The notes: a model not told the origin generated them from the letters alone. Shown: positions 28,772 to 41,890, numbered from the stretch's first letter. The stretch is DNA of 64,000 nucleotides from Anaeromyxobacter sp. (GCA_049840735.1 JASGJN010000020.1:416001-480000), one strand, 5' to 3'. Made by a program: numbers and translations.

Positions 28772-28946
28772 GGGCGCACGCGCTGGAGCAAGCAGCTCTC
28801 AGTTGACCCCAAGGGCGCACGCGCCAGAGCATGTTACTATTAGTTGACTCGAAGGGCGCACGCGCCGGAGCAAGCAACTCCCGCTTGCCCCCAAGGACGC
28901 ACGCCCTGGAGCAGGCAGCTCCCTGCTGCCCCACGCGCTGGAACAG
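28772..28946. repeat. Degenerate 41-bp tandem array (4 units plus a partial fifth) upstream of the HNH gene
   Basis: Core GGRCGCACGCSCYRGAGCA starts at 28772, 28813, 28854 and 28895 (exact 41-bp period). A partial CACGCGCTGGAACA follows at ~28932. Confidence 0.9.
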
Positions 28947-29115
28947 GCGAACGCTAAACACGCACGACCTGGCACCCAGGATGTCCCCACCACCCGCTCC
29001 GCTACCAGGCCCCGGCCCCGGCCCCGCCTCCGCCCCACCCAGTCCCAAGCCCCTCAGACCCTCAACAGCACCGCTCCGCTCGCGGCGCAGGGCAGGGGCT
29101 CCCCTGCGCCCTGTA

Positions 29116-29252
29116 CCGCCGGCAGGCCCACTCAGCCCCCCCCATCCCGCCGGCAGGCCCACTCAGCCCCCCCATCCCGCCGGCAGGCCCACTCAGCCCC
29201 CCCCATCCCGCCGGCAGGCCCACTCAGCCCCCCATCCCGCCGGCAGGCTCAC
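29116..29252. repeat. ~30-bp tandem repeat (4 full units plus 1 partial)
   Basis: CCGCCGGCAGGCCCACTCAG-C(6-8)-ATC starts at 29116, 29147, 29177, 29208 and 29237. Confidence 0.9.
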
Positions 29253-29284
29253 GCCGCGCCGCCCCGCCGCCACACTCTCCCCCC

Positions 29285-29896
29285 TCACGGCACGCACGTC
29301 GTCTCCCCCGGCCCGATGTCCCCCGCGCAGACATCTCCCGGCAGGCTCACATCGCAATACGGCGCGTCGAAGCTCCCCGTCACCTTCCCCCCGCCATCCA
29401 GCGTCACGTCCGCCGTCCCGATGATCCGGTCCGCCGTCACGCTGGTCACCACGATGTTCCCGCTCGCCCCCTCTACATCCGTCGCCACGCACTGCGCGTC
29501 GTTCTGCGACACGAACACGAACGCGTACTCGGTGGACAACCCGGGGTTCGTCGTCACCGGATAGGTGCCCGTGGTGATGGCGGCGGTCGTTCCCGTCGGG
29601 TTCACCTTGAAGATCGCCAGCGTGATGGTCTTGGCGTCCTGCTTGTCCTGCGCGTTCTGCAGGTAGCTGCAGAGCCCGGCCTCATCCGACGCGCCGACCG
29701 CGGCGAACGCCACCCCGAAGTCGATCCCCTCGACGCTGCAGGTCACCGCCTTGCCGATGCCGGTGAAGTTGGTGGCGCTGAGCGCGATGCTACCGGTGGC
29801 AGTGAGCGTGGGGTTGGCCGGCGGGTTGCTGCTGTTGCTGTCGCTGCCGCAGGCAGCGAGGATCAAGACGACGGCGATGGCCAGGCGTGGGCGCAT
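29285..29896 (-). CDS. Hypothetical lipoprotein, Thr/Ser-rich, with several Cys
   Basis: MRPRLAIAVVLILAAC lipobox; AGGAG RBS. Confidence 0.8.
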   Translation of the reverse strand: MRPRLAIAVVLILAACGSDSNSSNPPANPTLTATGSIALSATNFTGIGKAVTCSVEGIDFGVAFAAVGASDEAGLCSYLQNAQDKQDAKTITLAIFKVNPTGTTAAITTGTYPVTTNPGLSTEYAFVFVSQNDAQCVATDVEGASGNIVVTSVTADRIIGTADVTLDGGGKVTGSFDAPYCDVSLPGDVCAGDIGPGETTCVP

Positions 29897-30102
29897 GCTG
29901 GGCTCCTGGTTGGGTGGTGGCACCCGGACATCCAGGACCCGGGCGTTGCCCCTGCAACCTGGGGCGCGCGCGCACGGCGCAGGAGCCGCCAGGGTGGGTG
30001 CAGGTCGCGGCTGCCCACCCGGGCTGCGGACCGGCGCCCCGGCGGGCCCCGCCGCGCGGTACAACGAGCCGTTCGCTGGCGAGGTCCAGCGGGGAGACGC
30101 CG

Positions 30103-31186
30103 ATGGCCGGACGGGTCCGCGTGGGCGTGATCGGCACCAGCTGGTGGGCCGAGCTGGAGCACCTGCCAGGCCTTCGGTCGCGCGACGACGTCGAGGTCAC
30201 GGCGCTCTGCGGGCGCGACCCGGCCCGGCTGGCCGAGGTGGCCGGCCGGCAGGGCGTGCCCCACACCTTCACCGACTGGCACGCCCTCATCCGCAGCGGC
30301 CGGGTGGACGCGGTGGTGATCGCGCTTCCCAACGCGCTCCACCATCCCGTCGCCATGGCCGCGCTCCAGGCCGGGCTCCACGTCATCTGCGAGAAGCCGC
30401 TGGCGCTCGACCTGGCGCGCGCCCGCGAGCTGGCCGAGACCGCCCGCGCCGCCGGCCGCGCCACGCTCACCTTCTTCACCCACCGGCAGGTCGGCGCGGT
30501 GGCGCAGCTCAAGCGGCTGGTGGAGCGCGGCGCCCTGGGCCAGCCGGTCCACGTCAGCGCCAGCTACTTCACCGCCTCGCACCTCAAGCCCGGCAAGGCC
30601 GCGGCCTGGCGCATGATGCGGGCCGAGTCCGGCACCGGCGTGCTGGGCGACCTCGGCTCCCACCTGGTGGACCTGGTCCGCTGGCTGCTCGGCGACCTCA
30701 CGCGGGTGAGCGCCCACTGGCTCACCGTCACGCCCGAGCGCGACGGCGTGGTGACCGACGCCGACGAGTCGGTCTCCTTCCTGGCCCAGCTGGCCTGCGG
30801 GGCCCAGGGGGTCTTCCAGGCGAGCAAGCTGGTGGCCGGGCGCGGCAACCAGCAGCGGCTGGAGCTGCACGGCACGGCCGCCTCGCTGCTCTACGAGGCC
30901 GAGCCGGGCTACGACCCGACCTTCGAGGGCCGACTCTGGCTGGGGCGGCCCGACCGCAGCGCGCTCGAGCCGGTGCCGCTCGACCCCGATTCTGCGGCTG
31001 CCCGGCGGCGAGCGCGAGGGGCGCGATCTCGCCTTCCGGCGGCTGACCGATCCCTTCTTCCGAGCCGTCCGCGAGGGTGGACCGGTCTCGCCCGACTTCG
31101 GTGACGGCGCCGCGGTGCAGGCCGTCCTGGACGCGGTGGCGGCCTCGGCGGAGCACGGCGGCTGGGTGGCGGTGGAGCGGGTCTGA
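30103..31186 (+). CDS. Gfo/Idh/MocA-family oxidoreductase; frameshift at ~30990
   Basis: RVGVIGT, HVICEKPLA, GVLGDLGSHLVDL. Removing one T at GATTC gives the typical tail PDFGDGAAVQAVLDAVAASAEHGGWVAVERV*. Confidence 0.9.
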
Positions 31187-31231
31187 CGCGGCCCCGTGGC
31201 CCGCATCTTGCGGAAGCGCCAGCCCGCCCCG

Positions 31232-32135
31232 ATGAACTGCACGCCCGCCGCGCTGCACAGGACAGGTCTGCCCGATGGGCGGGCACCGGGCTGCCCGCCG
31301 GCCGGGCAGCCGCGTCCCGGCGCGCGCGGCCACGGGCGGCTGGTCGTGGAGCAGGTCGAGGGCGCCTCGGCGGCGGTGGCCTGCGCCTCTGGCACGCCGC
31401 TCCGGCTCTTCCTCCCGCGCCCGCGCGGCGCCGCGGTCTGGGCGGTGGCGGCCAGCCACGGCGGCGGGCTGGTGGGCGGCGACGCCGTCGATCTCCGAGG
31501 TGACGGTGGGCCCCGGCGCGGCGCTGGCGCTGGGGACGCAGGCCGAGACCAAGGTCTACCGCCCTCCCCCCGGCGCCGAGCCCGCCCGCCAGACGCTGCG
31601 CGGGCGGGTGGAGGCGGGCGGCCTGCTGGCGCTGCTCCCCGACCCTGTCAGCCCCTACGCCGGCGCGCGCTACGTGCAGTCCCAGCGCTTCGAGCTCTGC
31701 CCCGGCGGCAGCCTGGCGCTGCTCGACGCCGTCACCGCCGGCCGCGCCGCCCGCGGCGAGCGCTGGGCCTTCGCGCACCACGCCACCCGCAACGTCGTGA
31801 CCGCCGGCGGGGCGCTGGCGCTGGCCGACGCCCTGCGCCTGGCCCAGGGCGAGGGGCCGCCGCTGCCGGAGCGGCTGGCCGGGCTCGAGCTCCTGGCCAC
31901 CATCGTGCTGCTCGGCCCGGCGCTGGCCGCCGGCGCCCAGGCCGCGCTGGAGGCGGTGGCGCAGCGGCCCGCCGACGGCGGCGCGCCGGTGCTGATCGCC
32001 GCCAGCCCGCTCCGCGACGGCGCCGTGCTGCGCATCGCGGCGCGCTCGGTGGAGGCCGGTATGGACGAGGTGCGCCGCCACCTGGCCTTCCTGGCCGGCC
32101 CCCTCGACGGCGACCCATTGCTGCGCAGGCCCTGA
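31232..32135 (+). CDS. ureD: Urease accessory protein UreD; frameshift at ~31495
   Basis: [43 protein letters not shown]. First gene of the urease operon; start approximate. Confidence 0.85.
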
Positions 32136-32148
32136 ACGGAGGAACCGC

Positions 32149-32922
32149 ATGTACCTCTCCCCCCGCGAGCTGGACAAGCTCACCCTGCACCAGGCCGGCG
32201 CCCTGGCCCAGAAGCGGCTGGCGCGCGGGCTGCGCCTCAACCACCCCGAGGCCGTGGCGCTCGTCGCCACCGTCCTGCTGGAGCTGATCCGCGACGGCCG
32301 CAGCGTCGCCGAGCTGATGGACCTCGGCCGCAAGCTGCTCGGGCGCCGCCAGGTGCTGCCCGGCGTGCCGGCGCTGATCCCCGACGTGCAGGTGGAGGGC
32401 ACCTTCCCGGACGGCACCAAGCTGGTGACCGTCCATCACCCCATCGCCGCCCTGGACGGCGAGCTCGCGCTGGCGCTCCACGGCTCCTTCCTGCCGGTCC
32501 CGCCGCTCGGCGCCTTCGGCGAGCAGCCCGAGCCGGCGCCGGAGGAGGCGCAGCCGGGCGAGGTGCTGCCTGCGCCGGGGGAGATCGTGCTCAACGCCGG
32601 CCGCGAGGCCATCACGCTGCGGGTGACCAACCTGGCCGATTGGCCCATCCAGGTGGGCAGCCACTTCCCGTTCGTCGAGGCCAACCCCTACCTCCGCTTC
32701 GATCGCGGGCGCGCCTACGGCCGGCGGCTGGACGTGCCGGCCGGCATGGCGGTGCGGTTCGAGCCGGGCGAGACGCGGACCGTGGCGCTGGTGGAGCTGG
32801 CCGGGAACCGCGTCATCCGCGGCGGCAGCGCGCTGGCCACCGGGCCGGTGACGGAGGAGGGGCGCAGGGCGGCCGTCGCCGCCGCCCTGGCCCGCGGCTT
32901 CGCGCACGAGGAGGAGGCCTGA
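32149..32922 (+). CDS. ureA: Urease fused gamma/beta subunit
   Basis: [11 protein letters not shown]...[14 protein letters not shown] (gamma), followed by [14 protein letters not shown]...AVRFEPG (beta). Confidence 0.95.
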   Translation: MYLSPRELDKLTLHQAGALAQKRLARGLRLNHPEAVALVATVLLELIRDGRSVAELMDLGRKLLGRRQVLPGVPALIPDVQVEGTFPDGTKLVTVHHPIAALDGELALALHGSFLPVPPLGAFGEQPEPAPEEAQPGEVLPAPGEIVLNAGREAITLRVTNLADWPIQVGSHFPFVEANPYLRFDRGRAYGRRLDVPAGMAVRFEPGETRTVALVELAGNRVIRGGSALATGPVTEEGRRAAVAAALARGFAHEEEA

Positions 32923-32923
32923 C

Positions 32924-34639
<1,716 letters not shown>

Positions 34640-34646
34640 GCGCCGC

Positions 34647-35303
34647 GTGACCTGGCTCCTCCTGCAGCTGGCCGACTCGGCCTTCCCCACCGGCGGCTTC
34701 GCCCACTCCGGCGGGCTGGAGGCCGCCGTGCAGCTGGGCGCGGTGGACGGGCCGGAGCAGCTGGAGCGGCTCGCAGCGGAGGCGCTCTGGTCCACCGCCT
34801 GGGGCGCCCTCCCCTTCGTGGCGGCGGCGCACCAGGCGCCGGACCGGCTGCTGGCGCTCGACGCCGCCTGCGACGCGACGCTGCCCGGCCACGTGGCCAA
34901 CCGGGCCAGCCGCGCGCTCGGCGCCGCGTTCCTCCGGGCCGCCTCCGAGGCCCTGGGCGCGCCCGCGGCGGCGCTGGCCGAGGAGGTGCGCCGGGCCGGC
35001 GCGCCGGGCCACCTGGCGCCCGCGTTCGGCGCCGTGCTGGGGCGCCTCGAGACCTCGCTGGAGGAGGTGCGGCGGCTCTACCTGTTCCAGGCCGTGCGCG
35101 CGCTGGTCTCGGCCGGCGTCCGCCTGGGCGCCGCCGGCCCGCTGGAGGCGCAGGCGCTCCTGGCCCGCCTGGCCCCCGAGGCGGAGGCGGCCCTGCGCGC
35201 CTCGGAAGGCTGCCCGCCGGAGGAGGCCTGCGGCGCTGCGCCCCTCCTCGACCTGCTGCAGGGCCAGCAGGATCGGCTCTACTCGCGCCTCTTCCAGTCC
35301 TGA
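34647..35303 (+). CDS. ureF: Urease accessory protein UreF
   Basis: [20 protein letters not shown] and C-terminal YSRLFQS. Confidence 0.93.
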   Translation: MTWLLLQLADSAFPTGGFAHSGGLEAAVQLGAVDGPEQLERLAAEALWSTAWGALPFVAAAHQAPDRLLALDAACDATLPGHVANRASRALGAAFLRAASEALGAPAAALAEEVRRAGAPGHLAPAFGAVLGRLETSLEEVRRLYLFQAVRALVSAGVRLGAAGPLEAQALLARLAPEAEAALRASEGCPPEEACGAAPLLDLLQGQQDRLYSRLFQS

Positions 35304-35316
35304 CCCGGAGCCCAAG

Positions 35317-36036
35317 ATGATCGCCACCCTCCCCGGCTACCTGCTCCACGGCGGCCATGACCACGCCGCCGGCCGGGGCACCTTCGCGGCCCGCGAGCGG
35401 ACGCGGCGGCGCGACCTGTCCCGGCGGGCTTTCACTGTGGGTGTCGGCGGCCCGGTGGGCAGCGGCAAGACCGCGCTGGTGCTGCAGCTCTGCCGGCGGC
35501 TGCGGGACAGCCTCTCCCTGGCGGTGGTGACCAACGACATCTTCACGCGCGAGGACGCCGAGTTCCTGACCCGCAACCAGGCGCTCCCGGCCGACCGGAT
35601 CCGCGCGGTGGAGACCGGCGGGTGCCCGCACGCCGCCATCCGCGAGGACGTGACCGCCAACCTGCTGGCCCTGGAGGCGCTCACCGCCCAGCACCGCCCC
35701 GAGCTGCTCTTCTGCGAGTCGGGCGGCGACAACCTGGCCGCCCACTTCAGCCGCGAGCTGGCCGACTTCACCATCTACGTCATCGACGTGGCCGGCGGCG
35801 ACAAGGTCCCGCGCAAGGGCGGCCCGGGCATCACCCAGTCCGACCTGCTGGTCGTCAACAAGACCGACCTCGCGCCCGCCGTCGGCGCCGACCTGGGAGT
35901 GATGGCGCGCGACGCGGCCCGCATGCGCGGCGAGGGGCCGGTGGTGTTCGCGCAGGTGGCCCACGGGCCCGGGCTGGACGAGATCGCCGGCCACGTGCTC
36001 CACGCCATGCAGCACGCGCTCGGCAAGGCGCACTGA
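35317..36036 (+). CDS. ureG: Urease accessory GTPase UreG
   Basis: [35 protein letters not shown]. Confidence 0.97.
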   Translation: MIATLPGYLLHGGHDHAAGRGTFAARERTRRRDLSRRAFTVGVGGPVGSGKTALVLQLCRRLRDSLSLAVVTNDIFTREDAEFLTRNQALPADRIRAVETGGCPHAAIREDVTANLLALEALTAQHRPELLFCESGGDNLAAHFSRELADFTIYVIDVAGGDKVPRKGGPGITQSDLLVVNKTDLAPAVGADLGVMARDAARMRGEGPVVFAQVAHGPGLDEIAGHVLHAMQHALGKAH

Positions 36037-36160
36037 GCGCCGGGGGATGCGCCCCCCGCGGCGCGCCCGGCCCGTTCACACCTCGGCCCATCCCCACCCC
36101 AACGGGCCGACACCTCCCTGGTACCCCGGTCGCATGTCAGGATGCCCCTGGGAGATCCCC

Positions 36161-37276
36161 TTGAGGCAACACGACGACCCGGGCGGGCCCGATCCCGAGC
36201 TGTTCCGGCTGCTGGTGGAGGGCGTGCGCGAGTACGCCATCTTCGCGCTAACCCCCGCCGGGGAGGTCGCGAGCTGGAACGCCGGCGCCACGCGCATCAA
36301 GGGCTGGGCCGCCGAGGACATCCTGGGGCGACACATCGCCGTGTTCTATCCGCCGGAGGACGCGGCCGCGGGCAAGCCGGAGCGCGAGCTGCGGCGGGCT
36401 GCGGCCGAGGGCACGGCCGAGGACGAGGGCTGGCGCGTCCGCAAGGACGGCAGCCGCTTCCTGGCCAGCGTGGTGATCACCGCGCTGCACGACGACCGCG
36501 GCGCGCTGCGCGGCTTCGCCAAGGTGACCCGCGACCTGACCGACCGCCGGCGCGGGGAGGAGGCCCGGCGCGGGCTCGCGGCTGCGCGGGAGGCGGTGCG
36601 GGCGCGCGACGACTTCCTGGCCATCGCCTCGCATGAGCTGCGCACGCCGCTGACCGGCCTGCGCCTCCTGGTGCAGGGGGTGCTGCGCGGCGCCCAGCCC
36701 GGCCAGCTCCTCCCCGAGCTGCAGGTGGAGCGGCTCCGCCAGGTGGACCGCTACGTCTCGCGCCTGGACCGGCTGATCGGCGACCTGCTCCAGGTGACCT
36801 CGCTCGCCGCCGGCCAGCTGCCGCTGCAGCGCGCCGAGTTCGACCTGGGCGAGCTGCTGCGCGAGGTGACCGCGCCGTGGCGCGAGGAGGCGCTCCGCCG
36901 CGGCGGCGCGCTGGAGCTGGTCAGCGGCGGCCCGCTGCGCGGGCGCTGGGATGGCGCGCGCCTGGCCGAGGCGCTCGACGCGGTGGTGGGCAACGCGGTC
37001 AAGTTCGCCGGCACGGCGCCCATCGCGGTGCGCGTGGGTGGCGAGGGCGGGCGCGCGGTGGTTGAGGTGGAGGACCGGGGACCGGGCATCGCCCCGGAGG
37101 ACCAGGCCCGGGTCTTCGAGCGGTTCGAGCGCGCGGTCCCGGTCACGCACCACGGCGGCTTCGGGATCGGCCTCTGGGCGGCGCGCCAGATCGTCAGCGC
37201 GCACGGCGGGGAGATCGAGATCCGCTCCTCGCCCGGACAGGGCTCCACCTTCACGCTGCGGCTGCCGCTCGGGTGA
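36161..37276 (+). CDS. Cytoplasmic PAS-domain sensor histidine kinase
   Basis: EYAIF.L..G.VASWNAGA.RIKG, EGWRVRKDGSRF, ASHELRTPL, FERFER, GFGIGL. An alternative start is at 36134. Confidence 0.9.
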   Translation: MRQHDDPGGPDPELFRLLVEGVREYAIFALTPAGEVASWNAGATRIKGWAAEDILGRHIAVFYPPEDAAAGKPERELRRAAAEGTAEDEGWRVRKDGSRFLASVVITALHDDRGALRGFAKVTRDLTDRRRGEEARRGLAAAREAVRARDDFLAIASHELRTPLTGLRLLVQGVLRGAQPGQLLPELQVERLRQVDRYVSRLDRLIGDLLQVTSLAAGQLPLQRAEFDLGELLREVTAPWREEALRRGGALELVSGGPLRGRWDGARLAEALDAVVGNAVKFAGTAPIAVRVGGEGGRAVVEVEDRGPGIAPEDQARVFERFERAVPVTHHGGFGIGLWAARQIVSAHGGEIEIRSSPGQGSTFTLRLPLG

Positions 37277-37464
37277 AGATCACGCGGGGGCCCAGGGTTC
37301 CCGCCCCACCGGCGTCCTCCGGCGACACCTGTGAGCCCGGGCCACGCCCGCCCTCACCCGCTTCCCCCGTGAATCCCGCGGCTTGCGTGGTCCTCCGGCT
37401 GGCCCGCGCCATGCAAAACCTCTCCCCGGGCGGCGCGTGACCTTCACCGCCCGATGGAGAGCAC

Positions 37465-37950
37465 ATGCGCACCCGGACCCTCACCCTGCTGATCCTCCCG
37501 CTCCTCTCGACGGCTTGCATGACCGCCACCACCAGCACCCGCACCTGGACCGCCGACTCCGGCGGCTACCAGGCCTGGCAGCGGCGCGGCTGGGTGGATC
37601 AGGTGCGCGAGACGGTGCAGCGGACGCAGGGCAACCCCGCCGGCGGCGCGGTGGCGGGCGCGGTGGTGGGCGGCCTCTTGGGCACCATGCTGAGCTCGCA
37701 CACCCACTACGACCGCTGGGGCCGGGCCCACTCGCACGCGAACCCCGCCGGCACGGTGGTCGGCGCCGTGGGCGGCGCGGTGGTCGGCGCGGCGGCGAGC
37801 CAGGGCGGCGGCGAGCTCCGCACCTACGAGGTCTGGGTCCGGTTCGACGACGGCGGCTACCAGGCGTTCACCTACCGTGACGCCTCGCCCTTCCGCCCCG
37901 GCGACTGGGTGGTCCAGACCGAGGGCGGCCTGCAGCCGCTGCAGCGCTGA
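37465..37950 (+). CDS. Glycine-zipper 2TM lipoprotein
   Basis: Lipobox STAC, GAVAGAVVGGLLG and GAVGGAVVG zippers, YEVWVRFDDG. Confidence 0.8.
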   Translation: MRTRTLTLLILPLLSTACMTATTSTRTWTADSGGYQAWQRRGWVDQVRETVQRTQGNPAGGAVAGAVVGGLLGTMLSSHTHYDRWGRAHSHANPAGTVVGAVGGAVVGAAASQGGGELRTYEVWVRFDDGGYQAFTYRDASPFRPGDWVVQTEGGLQPLQR

Positions 37951-37967
37951 CCGCGGCCCGGCCGGCC

Positions 37968-39264
37968 TCACCCCGCCCGCGGCCGGGCCAGCACCAGCTG
38001 CACCTCGCCCAGGAGCCGCTCGCGGAAGCCGGCCTCGCAAGCGCAGAGGCAGAACTCCCACAGGCGCCGGACGCGGGGGGTGGCGAGCCGGGCCACCGCC
38101 TCCGCGCTCCGCGCCAGGTTGGCGCGCCAGGCGGCCAGAGTGGTGGCGTAGTGCGGGCCGATGTCCTCCAGCTGGCGCAGCTGCAGGTCGCTGGCGCGGG
38201 CGGCCGCGTCGAGCAGCGCCGCCACGGTGGGGACGCAGGCCCCCGGGGCGACCTGGGCCTCCAGGAGATCCACCTCGCGGCGGGCCCGCTGCCCGTCGGC
38301 CGCCGTCACCGCCTGCAGGGCCATCAGCCCATCGGCCTTGAGCAGCGCCGCGCACTTGCGGAAGAACGCGCCGTGGGCGCTGCCCTCCACCGCCTCGATC
38401 ATCTCCACCGAGACCAGCTTGTCGTAGGTGCCCGCCAGGTCGCGGTAGTCGCACAGGAGCACCTTCACCCGGCCCTCCAGCCCGGCCCGGCGCACCCGCT
38501 CCGACGCGACCTGGTGCTGCACCGGCGAGACGGTGGTGGTGGTGACGCGGCAGCCGTACCGCCGCGCCGCGTGGATGGCCAGCGAGCCGAACCCGCCCCC
38601 CAGCTCCGCCAGGTGGTCGCCGGGGCCGAGCCGCAGCTTGCGGCAGAGCGCGTCCAGCTTGGCCTCGCTGGCCTCCTCCAGCGTGGCCTGGGGCCGCTCG
38701 AAGATCGCGCACGACCAGGTGAGGGTCGGGTCGAGCATGTGCCGGAAGAAGGCGGCGCCCAGCTCGTCGTGGTCGCGCAGGTCGCGCGGACGGCCTGCTC
38801 CGCCGCGGCGCCGCAGGGCGCGCCCGAGCCGCGCCGCGGCACGGACGGCCCGGGCCACCGCACCCTCCTGCCCGGCCCGCGCCTCCGGGTTGCGCGCCAG
38901 CAGCCGCACCACGGCGGTGGAGATCGTCGCTGCTCCAGTCGCCGTCGGCGTAGCTCTCCGCCGCGCCCGCGGCCCCGCCCACCGCGGCGCGCCGCCAGAA
39001 GCGCGGGTGGTGCACGACGAGCCGTGCCGCCAGCCCGTCGGCGGCGGGGCGCCCGAAGACCAGCTCCCCGCCGGCGCCGTCCCGCACCGAGAGGATCCCC
39101 TCCCGCAGCCGCTCCAGGCCCGCCAGCACGCGCGCCCGCCAGAAGGCGCCCTCGCCCGCCGCGGCGATGGGCGGCGGCAGCTCCGCCGGCGGCGGAACGA
39201 CCCGCAGCACCCGGGCCGCCCGGGTCGATCCGGAGGAACCCGCCAGCGGCGTGGGCTGGTCCAT
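37968..39264 (-). CDS. Cyclopropane-fatty-acyl-phospholipid synthase family SAM methyltransferase (divergent); frameshift at ~38920
   Basis: AESYADGDW, LDPTLTWSCA.F, DYRDL.G.YDKLVSVEMIEAV, IGPHYATTL..W. Removing one base gives DDLTAVVRLLARN. Confidence 0.8.
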
Positions 39265-39555
39265 GCTCAGCTCCTCCCGTCGCGGTGGTGCGCCCGGCAG
39301 CCCGACGCCGACGGGGGCCGCTCCCCCGCGACAATTCGTCGTAATGCTGTACCGATAGGGGTCTCCGCCCGGAGTTGCAACCAGGCGCACAGGCCCTCCC
39401 CCTCCCGGGCTTTCGCGCAGACCCACCTCGTCCCTGGTCCACGGTGCGGGCTCATCCCACCCGGGGCTCAAGACGCCTGGGCCACGCCGCGCCGGCGCGC
39501 CGGCGCGATCATGGGGGGAGAGGTCGCCGGCAGCCAGGCGCGGCCGGGAGGCGCC

Positions 39556-40443
39556 ATGTCCTCGGTCCAGAGCATGCGGGCGTGGCCGAGGCGAATCGAC
39601 CCCGGCGACGAGATCCCCCACCCCTTCCAGCGCGCCTTCGCCGGCCTGCGCCTCCACGGACCGCGCCCGCCGGAGCTGCTCTTCTCGCCGCGCTACAAGC
39701 TGGACGGCGCGGAGACGCCCTCGACGCTGCTGGTCTGGGACGGCGGCGAGGCGACCTGCCTGGAGGCGCTCCACGGCGGCGTGGCAGCCGTCACGATCAC
39801 GCTGGCTGACGTGCACCTCGCTGAGTGGGGCAACGCCCTGCTCGCCTCCTGGCTGGCGCTGGACGCGCACGGGCCGGGCGGCCGCGCCGGGTTCCGGGCC
39901 GGGTTCCACACGGTCGGGCGCGAGCTGTACCGGCCGCTGCTCGACGCGGTGCGGGCGCCGCGGTACGCCGCCGGCCAGGCGCGGGAGGGCGACCCGGAGG
40001 CGCGGCTGCGCGGGCTGGAGGCCGAGGACTACCGCATGTACCGGTTCGCGCTGGACGCCCTGCCGCCAGGGGCCGACCTCCGCGGCGTCCTCCTCCAGCG
40101 CCGGCGCGTGGAGCGGCGGCTCGGGCTGCTGCCCCGGATCCAGCTCCCGGCCACGCTGCTCCTCGCCACGCAGTCCGAGCTGATCGTGATCCGCGAGGGC
40201 GCCGGGCGCAGCCAGGGCGCCAGCGCGGCGGCCTGGACCTTCATCCCGCTCGACCGCGTGGCGGCCTTCGCGCTGGAGCCGGACGCGCGCCGCCGCATCC
40301 TGCAGCTCCGGGCGCTCCTCCCCGGCGGCCAGGAGGCCGGCGCCGCGCTCGACCTGGCCTCGGCGCCCGGCGCGGCCGCCTTCGTGGCCGCGATCGGCCG
40401 GGGCCCTCCTGCAGCGCCGCCCCCAGAGGCCCGGCCGGCGTGA
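39556..40443 (+). CDS. Hypothetical protein
   Basis: GGGAGG RBS, 295-aa ORF with host-like codon use, no recognised motif. Confidence 0.65.
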   Translation: MSSVQSMRAWPRRIDPGDEIPHPFQRAFAGLRLHGPRPPELLFSPRYKLDGAETPSTLLVWDGGEATCLEALHGGVAAVTITLADVHLAEWGNALLASWLALDAHGPGGRAGFRAGFHTVGRELYRPLLDAVRAPRYAAGQAREGDPEARLRGLEAEDYRMYRFALDALPPGADLRGVLLQRRRVERRLGLLPRIQLPATLLLATQSELIVIREGAGRSQGASAAAWTFIPLDRVAAFALEPDARRRILQLRALLPGGQEAGAALDLASAPGAAAFVAAIGRGPPAAPPPEARPA

Positions 40444-40455
40444 CCGCCCGCGGGC

Positions 40456-40465
40456 GACCAAGGTC
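40456..40465. promoter_or_regulatory. GACCWWGGTC palindromic site upstream of a DUF4136 gene
   Basis: GACCAAGGTC; one of nine intergenic copies between 40.4 and 57.3 kb. Confidence 0.65.
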
Positions 40466-40541
40466 CCATTCCGCCCGGAGGCCGCCTGGATGAAGCTGCC
40501 GGGACAGGCTGCGCCTCCGCGCGCCTCCCGGAGGAAGTCCC

Positions 40542-41099
40542 ATGCCGCTCTCGCTGCGCCGCGCCGCCGTGCTCCTGGCCCTGGCCCTGTCCGGCTGCGC
40601 CACGCTGAAGGTCCAGTCCGAGTACGACGCCGCCGCGCCCTACGCCAGCTACCACCGCTACCGCTGGGTCGCCGCCACGCCCGGCGAGGAGCAGGCCCCG
40701 GCCATGCGCGACCCGGCGGTGCGCGCGCTGGTGATGCGCGCCATCGATCGCGAGCTGCAGGCCAAGGGGCTTTTGCCGGCCGGCGCGGAGGAGCAGCCGG
40801 ACCTGCTGGTCTCCGCGCTCGGCTGGTCGAAGGACGAGATCCAGGTGAACAGCTACGGCTACGGCTACAGCGCCACGTACATGCGCGGCCCGGCGGCGGT
40901 GGGGGTCGGGTCGCCGGGCGGCGTGACGGTGAACAGCTACCGCGACGGCACGCTGATCCTCGACCTGGTGGACGCGAAGACCAGGCAGGTGGTCTGGCGC
41001 GGCACCGCCACCGACACGCTGGACGATCCCTCGGAGGTCCGGGAGCTGATCGACAACGCGGTGCACAAGCTCCTGGGCAGCTACCCGCCCAAGGGCTGA
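40542..41099 (+). CDS. DUF4136-type lipoprotein
   Basis: Lipobox LSGC, Y..Y.W, L..KG, Y..GTLILDLVDAKT.QVVWRG, YPP end. Confidence 0.85.
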   Translation: MPLSLRRAAVLLALALSGCATLKVQSEYDAAAPYASYHRYRWVAATPGEEQAPAMRDPAVRALVMRAIDRELQAKGLLPAGAEEQPDLLVSALGWSKDEIQVNSYGYGYSATYMRGPAAVGVGSPGGVTVNSYRDGTLILDLVDAKTRQVVWRGTATDTLDDPSEVRELIDNAVHKLLGSYPPKG

Positions 41100-41146
41100 C
41101 GGGCGGCGCACGGCGGAGGCCCCGCGGCCGCCGCCCGCTGCGCCGG

Positions 41147-41823
41147 CTACGGGCTGATCACCAGCGCGCCCAGGAAGTTCCACTGCCAGAGCGGGATGCC
41201 GCCGCTCACCGACATCCCCGACCCGCCGCTGCCGGCGTAGAAGGCGGCGCTGTCGAAGAAATCGGCGCGGCCACCCGGGCATCGAAGCGGAGCGCCAGGT
41301 GCTTGGCCAGGTCGACCTTGACGCCGGCGCCCAGCGTGAAGGCGAAGCGCCAGCTGTCGGACAGGTTCAGCGTCTGGTTGACGCCGTAGTGGATGTCCTC
41401 CGGCATGAAGAGCGCCGCCCCCAGGCTGCCCGCCCCGAAGATGTTGACGCGCCCGCGCTGGATGCCCTTGCGCCCACCGATCTGGAAGTAGTGGGTCGGC
41501 ATCTGGAACGAGCGCGCGTTGAGCAGGTACGGATTGCCCGTCACGCGCGCCGTGGGGTCCGAGTAGAACCAGGTCAGCTCGGTGAAGGCGCCCGGCAGCG
41601 TCTCGATGCCCAGGGAGGCGCCGTAGACCTCGGTGTCGCCCACCTCGAGGCTGCCGGCGCTGGTGTCGATGTCGGAGTTGAGCTGGTAGCCGGCGAAGCC
41701 GGTCAGCTCGATCTGGCGCTTGGCGGGGACGCCGGGCCCACCGGCGGAGTACTGCGCCGCGGCCACGGCCGGGGCGGCGGCGAGCGCGAGCGCGAGCAGC
41801 GTGGGAAGGCGGTTGCGGGACAT
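41147..41823 (-). CDS. Outer-membrane beta-barrel protein; frameshift at ~41260
   Basis: Signal peptide, IELTGFAGYQ, GAGVK...LRFDAR. Restoring one base (GATC) gives PIFFDSAAFYAGSGG...WQWNFLGALVISP*. Confidence 0.75.
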
Positions 41824-41890
41824 GTGTCCTCCTGACGTGAGGGCTCGAATCTTCCAGCCCTGCGGGCGGGCAAGCTCGTGGACCTTGGGA

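Noticed and set aside
28772..28946. CRISPR array
   Set aside because: The variable 22-bp parts are similar to each other rather than unique spacers, the core is degenerate, and no cas gene is present. Kept as a tandem array.
29116..29252. CRISPR array
   Set aside because: Head-to-tail identical units with no spacers.
31547..31556. GACCAAGGTC inside ureD (similar match at ~50770)
   Set aside because: Within coding sequence (Thr-Lys-Val codons), so probably chance. Not counted as regulon sites.
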